From Candidatus Omnitrophota bacterium (GTDB lineage: Bacteria > Omnitrophota > Gorgyraeia > Zapsychrales > Zapsychraceae): a DNA stretch of 64,000 nucleotides. Of this stretch, positions 55,025-61,930 are shown one piece after another. The stretch is taken from contig JAFGFL010000089.1 of NCBI GenBank assembly GCA_016931055.1, forward strand, positions 7,257-71,256. The letters are read 5' to 3'. Within the stretch, counting starts at the first letter, position 1; the number at the start of each line of letters is the position of its first letter. Both the position numbers and the translations under genes were made by a program. The notes below the pieces were generated by a model. It did no database searches and was not told the origin of the DNA. It worked only from the letters and a program-made list of their open reading frames with translations.

Positions 55025-55065
55025 GCACGTACTTTATGGAGCGAAGCGAACATAAAGTACTGTGC
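55025..55065. repeat. palindromic element of the ACTTATG/GGAGCGAAGCGAA family
   Basis: GCACGTACTTTATG-GAGCGAAGCGAA-CATAAAGTAC-t-GTGC (14-bp stem with one bulge). Confidence 0.7.
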
Positions 55066-55157
55066 GAATTAATCCCGATCCGCCAAGAGTTTTGGCGGAG
55101 AGGGATCTCAGATCCCTCGTCACCAAAGTTCGTAAGAGGGTGACGCGGGATCAATTC
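55066..55157 (+). ncRNA. candidate structured RNA: compact four-way junction
   Basis: Closing helix GAATTAATCCCG/CGGGATCAATTC (11/12) enclosing three 7-bp hairpins: CCGCCAA/TTGGCGG, AGGGATC/GATCCCT and CGTCACC/GGTGACG, with 0-2 nt linkers. Confidence 0.35.
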
Positions 55158-55162
55158 CGGCA

Positions 55163-55202
55163 GCAACTTATGTTCACTCACTTTGTTCGTTCCATAAGTT
55201 GC
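55163..55202. repeat. palindromic element of the ACTTATG/CATAAGT family
   Basis: GCAACTTATG-(20 nt)-CATAAGTTGC, a perfect 10-bp stem. The loop on the minus strand reads GAACGAACAAAGTGAGTGAA. Confidence 0.65.
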
Positions 55203-55303
55203 GCCGTCATTGAAAATAAACAATATTCTTTTTTATTAGGACTAGTAAATCAAGTATAATAACTAACTATAAAGCAATTGTTATATAACCCTAAAGGGTT
55301 CAT

Positions 55304-55789
55304 ATGAATAAGATATCCCGAAACTCTATTGGATTTACCCTGGTGGAACTCCTGTTGGCAGTTCTGATCCTGGGATTTACTCTTGTCGGACTTTTACAAG
55401 TTTTTATCCGATGTTCCGTTTTCGCGGAAATAGCGCAAAGCAAATCGGCTGTCATGAGCTTGCTGCAAGGAAGGATGGAGGATATCCGGCAACGCGACTA
55501 TGCGGATATTGTCGCCCTTTATGACGCGACGGCCAGCGGAGATCCGGCCGAAACGTTTGACCTTGACCCATTGACTGGGAAGGCCGCTGTTTATATTACC
55601 CAGTTTAATGCGGGTGATGACAATCTGATGCAAATTAAGATCGTCGGCAGTTGGAAAGCTCAGCAGGATCGCATTATGGGAGAAGATCTTGATCTGGATG
55701 GGGTGGAGGATACGGGCGAAGACGTGGATGGCGATGGGGACTTTTCATCGATGGCGATGGTGATCAGTTGTATTGCTGCCAGATATTAG
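55304..55789 (+). CDS. prepilin-type N-terminal cleavage/methylation domain protein (type IV pilin / T2SS pseudopilin-like)
   Basis: IGFTLVELLLAVLILG (G|FTLVE class III signal) and an acidic C-terminal GEDLDLDGVEDTGEDVDGDGD stretch. Confidence 0.8.
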   Translation: MNKISRNSIGFTLVELLLAVLILGFTLVGLLQVFIRCSVFAEIAQSKSAVMSLLQGRMEDIRQRDYADIVALYDATASGDPAETFDLDPLTGKAAVYITQFNAGDDNLMQIKIVGSWKAQQDRIMGEDLDLDGVEDTGEDVDGDGDFSSMAMVISCIAARY

Positions 55790-55802
55790 AGGCGGGACGA
55801 TT

Positions 55803-56369
55803 ATGATGAACGTTAAGTATTATCACAGGAAAAAACCCGGGTTGTTCGGATCTCTTGAAGGGTACACTCTTATAGAAGTTCTGGTCACAGTCACAATTTT
55901 TGCCGTTCTTGCCGGGGCGATCAACATGGTCTTGCTCGTGGGAGAATCCTCCTGGCAAACAAACAGCGTCCGCATTGAGCTGCGCCAGGAACTCCGCAAG
56001 GCGATCAACAAAATGGAAGACGAATTAAGACAAACATCCCCAGTTGCTATAACAGCCGGCCCGACAGTCGCGAATGGTTCAACATCGGCATCGATAACAT
56101 TTTATTTGCCGACTGGCGTTTCCGGAAATTCGATTACCTGGAGCGCGAACACAACACAATATAAATTAGGGGGGACCGATTCCAATCAGCTCCAACGGAT
56201 CGAAGGGGGAAATACTGAAGTCATCGCACAGAATATCCAGTCGTTGACATTTTCCCGCGCTGCGGCAACACCTGATATCATTGATGTGTCTCTCGTAGCC
56301 CAGAAAGATACCATCAAAGGCATTCCGCTTACGGTCAATTTTGCTTTTGGAGTCCAGATGAGGAATTAA
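55803..56369 (+). CDS. prepilin-type N-terminal cleavage/methylation domain protein (minor pilin-like)
   Basis: EGYTLIEVLVTVTIFAVLAG motif. The ORF is open from 55773, overlapping the upstream pilin. Confidence 0.75.
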   Translation: MMNVKYYHRKKPGLFGSLEGYTLIEVLVTVTIFAVLAGAINMVLLVGESSWQTNSVRIELRQELRKAINKMEDELRQTSPVAITAGPTVANGSTSASITFYLPTGVSGNSITWSANTTQYKLGGTDSNQLQRIEGGNTEVIAQNIQSLTFSRAAATPDIIDVSLVAQKDTIKGIPLTVNFAFGVQMRN

Positions 56370-56371
56370 TA

Positions 56372-57976
56372 ATGAACAATGATCATGGAAAAAAAGGCTT
56401 GGCGCGATTAACGGAAGAAAAGGGGAGCGTGCTTTTAACGACCTTCTTGCTGATCACGGTCTTGCTGATCCTCGGCGCGGCATTTGTGGTGGCAACCATG
56501 AACGAAAACAGGATCGCGGAAGCGAATAGAAGATATACACAGGCTTTTAATATTGCCGAGGCCGGCATAGAGCGGATGATCTATTATCTTAAGGAAGATT
56601 TTGCTGTCGATAAAGATTGGTCGGACGGTGAGGTCGATGGATGGACATATGATTCGACAGATGTGGACGCGAATAATTATTTTCCGTTTCCGGATGTGTC
56701 TGATGCGGCTAATGCGGCCTACCCGCCATCAACGCTCGGGGATGGTTCTTATGCGATCAGCTTAAAGAGCAGCGCGGATGATGAAATTTGGATCCGTTCT
56801 GTTGGGACGATCGGCAGCATAAGGCAGACGATTGAAGTTTTTGTGCGGGTGATTGCTCTTTCCCCATGGGACAACGCCATTTTCGGGGGAGCAGGTTCGT
56901 CCGGAGCCATGGTAAACGGGAACGTCAAGATCATGGGTTCAGTTCACATATTAGGCAACGGTCTTGCGGATGGTGATAATGCCATTGATCTTGGCGGGAC
57001 AGCGGAACTTGTCGGTAATAATTATGATGGATTAGAGGCTGATCTGGATGACAGGGTTCCGGAACTTGACACGGTTTTGTTTAATGGTGAAAATGTGGAG
57101 ACTTTGAATGCGGAACTTCGCGTCAAAAAAGGACTGGTGGGTTTGAGCGGTACTTCGAAGGTTGGGAATGCTGATGCTTCCGGTGATGGCGATAAAGAAA
57201 CGGTTGACGGAACATATGTCACGGATGGTTATAATGGGACAGCAGGTACAACCAATGTATTTTCGGACAACGGAAGTTCGGAAGGCTATGACTTGGGCGA
57301 TGCTGTCACTTTCCCAAGTCTCAATGACTCTATTTCTGGCTATGACGATTATTATGCTTATTTTTCGGCGGAAGGCTATACGCTTGCCGCAGGTGAACTG
57401 GCAACAGTGGCTGCGTTGTCGGGTGCCACACCGAATTTTACGTATGGAAACTGCGCGACGAATTGCATATCCATGACGGGCGGCAAATTGTATGTCAAAG
57501 GAAAAGTGTATGTTAACGGTGGAACCTTGGGGATAACAGGGAGCACAGTTGAATATACGGGTAGCGGCACAATTTTAGTGTCTGGCGATGTCACTATTAA
57601 TGAGGACTTAATTACGGCAACAGATTTAGATCCAGTCAGCGGCAATCAATATGAGAATTATCCCGTTCATGAAGTTACAGGACAGAAGAATGTCTTGGCC
57701 ATTATGACGCCCAGTGATATTGAAATGGGGACCGGCGCGGGAGCAGCCCAATTGGATGTTATGGGATTGTTCTTTGCCGAAGGGGAGATCAAAACAGCCA
57801 AGCAAACCGATGTGATGGGGTCATTAGTCACGAACTATTTCAACGTCTCGAATCAAGTGCCGAGTGTCTGGCAGGTTCCCGATACATCGGATAATCTTCC
57901 TGATGGACTGATCACCGGCGATGAGATCTATTTGATGAGAGTGATTTCCTGGCGGAAAATCGATAATCCGACTTAG
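56372..57976 (+). CDS. PilX-N-domain pilus-associated protein, large (534 aa)
   Basis: N-terminus GSVLLTTFLLITVLLILGAAFVVATMNENRIAEANRRYTQAFNIAEAG resembles the PilX N-terminal domain. The remainder is a Gly/Asp/Asn-rich, probably beta-helical region. Confidence 0.6.
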   Translation: MNNDHGKKGLARLTEEKGSVLLTTFLLITVLLILGAAFVVATMNENRIAEANRRYTQAFNIAEAGIERMIYYLKEDFAVDKDWSDGEVDGWTYDSTDVDANNYFPFPDVSDAANAAYPPSTLGDGSYAISLKSSADDEIWIRSVGTIGSIRQTIEVFVRVIALSPWDNAIFGGAGSSGAMVNGNVKIMGSVHILGNGLADGDNAIDLGGTAELVGNNYDGLEADLDDRVPELDTVLFNGENVETLNAELRVKKGLVGLSGTSKVGNADASGDGDKETVDGTYVTDGYNGTAGTTNVFSDNGSSEGYDLGDAVTFPSLNDSISGYDDYYAYFSAEGYTLAAGELATVAALSGATPNFTYGNCATNCISMTGGKLYVKGKVYVNGGTLGITGSTVEYTGSGTILVSGDVTINEDLITATDLDPVSGNQYENYPVHEVTGQKNVLAIMTPSDIEMGTGAGAAQLDVMGLFFAEGEIKTAKQTDVMGSLVTNYFNVSNQVPSVWQVPDTSDNLPDGLITGDEIYLMRVISWRKIDNPT

Positions 57977-58002
57977 TAGCAATATGGGGAAAAGATGCTT
58001 GT

Positions 58003-58038
58003 GGGACAGGTGCTTTCGCATCTGTCCCCTTTTTGTTT
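58003..58038 (+). terminator. intrinsic terminator after the pilin cluster
   Basis: GGGACAG-gtgctttcgcat-CTGTCCC followed by CTTTTTGTTT. Confidence 0.65.
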
Positions 58039-58083
58039 AAAAAACAAGTGCGGAAAGTTTCTTTGCCGGTATAATAGCAGCTT

Positions 58084-60219
58084 ATGGACAGGAATTACGA
58101 TGCCAAGATCGCTCTTGAATTGCGGCTTCGCCCGGAGCAGGTCGCGGCCACTGTCCGCCTGCTGGACGATGGCGCGACCGTGCCGTTCATCTCCCGCTAC
58201 CGCAAAGAAGCCACGGGCAACCTCGATGAGGTTGCCGTCAGCAATATCCGCGACCGAGTCGGCCAGTTAAGGGAACTGGATAAGCGCCGCGCGAGCGTCC
58301 TTCAATCCATCCAGGAACAGGGCAAACTTACCGAAGAGCTGAAAAGCAAGATCATCGCTGCCGAGACATTGGCCGTCCTTGAGGACATTTACCTGCCTTA
58401 CCGGCCTAAGCGCCGCACAAGGGCGACCGTCGCCAAAGAAAAAGGCCTGGAACCTTTGGCCAAAATGATCTTTGAGCAAAGAGGCATTGACCCCGAGGCC
58501 GAGGCGGTCCGGTTTGTCAGCGCCGAGAAAGGCGTCGAATCGACTGAGGAGGCCTTGTCCGGCGCGAGGGATATCATCGCCGAATGGGTCAATGAGGACG
58601 CGAAGGCCCGCGCGCAGCTGCGGAAATTGTTTTATGAAAAAGGGATTATGACCTCGCGCGTGATCCGCGGCAAAGAGGAAGAAGGCAATAAATACAAAGA
58701 TTATTTCCAATGGGAGGAACTGGCCAAGAACGCGCCGTCCCATCGGATCCTCGCGGTCCGCCGCGGAGAAAAAGAAAAATTCCTCATGGTGCGTATCCTG
58801 CCGCCCGAAGAGGACGCGGTCGCTATTCTGGAGTCATGTTTTGTCACCTCACATAACGCGGATTCCCGCCAGGTCCAAACAGCCGTCCACGACAGCTACA
58901 AAAGGCTGTTGTCCCTTTCGCTTGAGACGGAAATCCGCCTGGAGCTCAAGAAGAAGGCGGACCAAGACGCGATCAAGGTCTTTGACAGGAATTTGCGCGA
59001 ACTTTTGATGGCGCCGCCGTTGGGCCAGGTGCCGGTCATGGCGATCGATCCAGGGATCAGGACGGGATGCAAGGTCGTGTGCCTGGACAGCCAGGGGAAA
59101 TTGGCCGCCAATGACACGATCTACTTAAGCCAGTCCGAGGGGGCTAGGGAAGAAGCGGCCCGGACCGTCGCGAATTTGTGCAAGAGATTCGCGGTGAATG
59201 TCATCGCGGTCGGCAACGGCACGGCCAGCCGTGAGACCGAGGCGTTCATCCGCAGCATCGGCCTGCCGAAAGAGGTCCAGACGGTCGTGGTCAATGAAAG
59301 CGGCGCCTCGATTTATTCGGCGTCGGATGTGGCACGGGAGGAATTCCCTGATTATGACGTGACGGTCCGCGGGGCGGTGTCGATCGGCCGGCGGCTCATG
59401 GACCCGCTGGCGGAGCTGGTGAAGATCGATCCCAAGTCCATCGGCGTCGGCCAATACCAGCACGATGTTGACCAGAACCTGCTGAAACAAAGCCTTGACG
59501 ATGTCGTCATCAGTTGCGTGAACCGGGTTGGCGTTGAGGTGAATACGGCGAGCAGGCAATTGTTGACCTATGTCTCCGGGCTGGGCCCGGGCCGCGCGCA
59601 GGCGATCATTGATTTCAGACACAACAAAGGCCCGTTTGTTTCCCGCGAACAGATCCGTGAGGTCCCCGGGCTTGGCCCAAAGGCCTTCGAGCAGGCCGCC
59701 GGGTTTTTGCGCATTTTAGGCGGCAGCAATCCGCTCGATGCCAGCGCCGTCCATCCGGAGAGTTATCCGATCGTCCATCGGATAGCGGATGACCTCGGCT
59801 GTTCTATCAAGGATATTCTGTTAAAGGAAGCCTTGCGGAAAAAGATTGACCTTAAAAAATATGTGACGGACACAGTCGGCTTGCCGACATTGATGGATAT
59901 TCAAAATGAATTGGCCAAGCCGGGAAGGGACCCGCGCCCGCCTTTTCAGATTTTCAGTTTTAAAGAAGGCATCGAGACCATGGAGGATTTAAGCCCGGGC
60001 ATGACGTTGCCCGGCGTGGTCACAAACGTGACGGCCTTCGGCGCGTTTGTCGATATCGGCGTGCATCAGGACGGGCTCGTGCATATCAGCCAGCTTTCAG
60101 ACCGCTATGTTAAGGATCCGCAGGAAGCGGTCAAGGTTCACCAGAAGGTTACGGTGCGGATCCTTGAAGTTGACATGAAGCGCCGGCGCATCGCGCTTTC
60201 GATGAGAAAGAGCGGTTAA
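58084..60219 (+). CDS. tex: Tex-like transcription accessory protein (YqgF/HhH/S1 domains)
   Basis: N-terminus RPEQVAATVRLLDDGATVPFISRYRKE, YqgF-like MAIDPGIRTGCK, and a C-terminal S1 domain (GVVTNVTAFGAFVDIG). Confidence 0.93.
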   Translation: MDRNYDAKIALELRLRPEQVAATVRLLDDGATVPFISRYRKEATGNLDEVAVSNIRDRVGQLRELDKRRASVLQSIQEQGKLTEELKSKIIAAETLAVLEDIYLPYRPKRRTRATVAKEKGLEPLAKMIFEQRGIDPEAEAVRFVSAEKGVESTEEALSGARDIIAEWVNEDAKARAQLRKLFYEKGIMTSRVIRGKEEEGNKYKDYFQWEELAKNAPSHRILAVRRGEKEKFLMVRILPPEEDAVAILESCFVTSHNADSRQVQTAVHDSYKRLLSLSLETEIRLELKKKADQDAIKVFDRNLRELLMAPPLGQVPVMAIDPGIRTGCKVVCLDSQGKLAANDTIYLSQSEGAREEAARTVANLCKRFAVNVIAVGNGTASRETEAFIRSIGLPKEVQTVVVNESGASIYSASDVAREEFPDYDVTVRGAVSIGRRLMDPLAELVKIDPKSIGVGQYQHDVDQNLLKQSLDDVVISCVNRVGVEVNTASRQLLTYVSGLGPGRAQAIIDFRHNKGPFVSREQIREVPGLGPKAFEQAAGFLRILGGSNPLDASAVHPESYPIVHRIADDLGCSIKDILLKEALRKKIDLKKYVTDTVGLPTLMDIQNELAKPGRDPRPPFQIFSFKEGIETMEDLSPGMTLPGVVTNVTAFGAFVDIGVHQDGLVHISQLSDRYVKDPQEAVKVHQKVTVRILEVDMKRRRIALSMRKSG

Positions 60220-60405
60220 CAAACAGTTGTCATGACATGGTTTAATATTTCTTTTATTCCTTTTCCTTTGACTCCAATATTGATAGAATATAATCCCATC
60301 CATAAGAGGTTCTTAACCAGGGCCGCATAATTCCGTATGCGATTTTGTGCGAGCCTCGTCATTTTCATCTTATATGGAAATGAGGAAAAATGACGGGAGC
60401 CGGAT

Positions 60406-61410
60406 TTGAAGAAATATTGTTTTCCTGCCAGGATATTATTCCTAACTTTGGTCATTTTCGGAACCTGTGTTTCCCTGACGGCAGCCCAGCAGCCGGTTGT
60501 TTCAACAAAAGCGCCCTCTCTAGGCGCCAGCCTTGATAGGGCCCTGGCGATGGATACGATCATGGACAGCGCCGTCATGAAAAGGAAGGTCCTGGGGACG
60601 GTTTTTATCGTTCTTCTCGGTTATTTTTTGATGTTCGGGTTCATCCGGGTCATCAATAAGCGCGTCAAGGACATCAAGACGCGCTATGCGGTCCGGAAAA
60701 ACACCGTTTATGTTGTCAGCCTGGTCCTTTTGCTCGTCCTATTCGTCATTTGGATACAGAGCATCAATTCGCTGACGATCCTTTTGGGAGTTGCCAGCGC
60801 CGGTCTGGCGCTCGCTTTGCAGGAAGTTATTTTGTCTATCGCCGGATGGTTCCTCATCATCCTGCGCCACCCGTTTGAGGCGGGGGACCGGATTGAAATC
60901 AACGGTATCAGAGGCGATGTCATAGATATCCGCATCTTCCAGACGTCGGTCCTGGAGATCGGCAACTGGGTCCACGCGGACCAGAGCACGGGGCGCATCG
61001 TCCATTTCCCTAACAGCTTTGTCTTTAAACATGCAACCTATAATTACAACCGCGAGTTCGAGTTTATCTGGAACGAGATCCCGATCCTCTTGACCTTTGA
61101 AAGCGACTGGAAGCGCGGCCGCGAGATCATGATGGCGCACGCGAAGAACCTGGCCGAAGGGCTTGAGGCCGAGGTCAGCCGGAAGATCGAGGCCATGCGC
61201 AACCGCTACATGATCTATTACGGAAAGCTGACGCCCATTGTTTATGTCGATATTAAGGACAGCGGGGTCGAATTGACCCTGCGTTATTTAACCGAGGCGA
61301 AGAAGCGCCGCTCGACCCAGGACCAGCTCTGCCAGGCGATCCTTGAGGATTTCAGGAAGGAGCCGAACGTTAAGCTCGCCTACCCGACGTACAGGATCGT
61401 GAAGACTTAG
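60406..61410 (+). CDS. mechanosensitive ion channel family protein (MscS-like)
   Basis: TM3-beta domain signature: FEAGDRIEINGIRGDVIDIRIFQTSVLEIGNW...GRIVHFPNS. TTG start is inferred. Confidence 0.8.
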   Translation: MKKYCFPARILFLTLVIFGTCVSLTAAQQPVVSTKAPSLGASLDRALAMDTIMDSAVMKRKVLGTVFIVLLGYFLMFGFIRVINKRVKDIKTRYAVRKNTVYVVSLVLLLVLFVIWIQSINSLTILLGVASAGLALALQEVILSIAGWFLIILRHPFEAGDRIEINGIRGDVIDIRIFQTSVLEIGNWVHADQSTGRIVHFPNSFVFKHATYNYNREFEFIWNEIPILLTFESDWKRGREIMMAHAKNLAEGLEAEVSRKIEAMRNRYMIYYGKLTPIVYVDIKDSGVELTLRYLTEAKKRRSTQDQLCQAILEDFRKEPNVKLAYPTYRIVKT

Positions 61411-61427
61411 GGAAAGAAACCATTTTA

Positions 61428-61465
61428 AGACACAAGACACAGGACACAAGACACAAGACACAAGA
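61428..61465. repeat. tandem heptad array (A/G)GACACA x5, same unit as at 32801
   Basis: AGACACA AGACACA GGACACA AGACACA AGACACA AGA; it ends 43 nt before the DUF503 ATG. Confidence 0.85.
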
Positions 61466-61507
61466 TTGAGAAACACATGTGTCATCGGGATTATTAATTA
61501 CATAATC

Positions 61508-61807
61508 ATGATCCAGGACCACACGCAACATCTCGGCGTTCTTTCGGTTTCCGTTCATATCCCGGATGCACAGTCGCTTAAAGCAAAACGGTTTGTTTTA
61601 AAAAGCCTGAAGGATAAGGTCCGTCAGAAATACAATGTCTCGGTCGCGGAACTGGACGGCCAGGATAAGTGGCAGGTTTCCACCTTGGGCTTCGCGATGA
61701 TCAATAACGACCGCCGCCGCATCGACAGCTGTCTGCAGAACATCTTATCGTCCTTAGAGAGCTTTGGTGGACTAGTTGTTTGTGATCACAGCATTGAGTT
61801 TTATTGA
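61508..61807 (+). CDS. DUF503 family protein (YlxP-like)
   Basis: LSVSVHIPDAQSLKAKRFVLKSLKDKVRQKYNVSVAELD..QDKW pattern. The ORF is open from 61466. Confidence 0.75.
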   Translation: MIQDHTQHLGVLSVSVHIPDAQSLKAKRFVLKSLKDKVRQKYNVSVAELDGQDKWQVSTLGFAMINNDRRRIDSCLQNILSSLESFGGLVVCDHSIEFY

Positions 61808-61840
61808 AAGTGTGGTAGAATATCGGCACGTTTAAAGAGA

Positions 61841-61905
61841 ACACAAACGCACAAGTGCACAAGATCACAACCTGGGTTGTGCGCTTGTGTCTTGTGCTCT
61901 TGTAC
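61841..61905. repeat. heptad/octad-periodic inverted repeat of NNCACAA units
   Basis: ACACAAACGCACAAGTGCACAAGATCACAACC-tgg-GTTGTGCGCTTGTGTCTTGTGCTCTTGT; it ends 26 nt before the dnaX ATG. Confidence 0.8.
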
Positions 61906-61930
61906 CCAAAAGTTTAATAGCCATTAACCA

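Noticed and set aside
54969-55259. ORFs 54969-55223 (minus) and 55062-55259 (plus) in the pilin leader.
   Set aside because: They run through nested palindromes, the terminator and the four-way junction, so both strands stay open only because the sequence is self-complementary. They have no ribosome-binding sites.
60216-60578. 120-aa minus-strand ORF between tex and the MscS-family gene.
   Set aside because: It overlaps the signal-peptide region of the + strand channel gene and its promoter/leader, and it has no motifs. Judged spurious.
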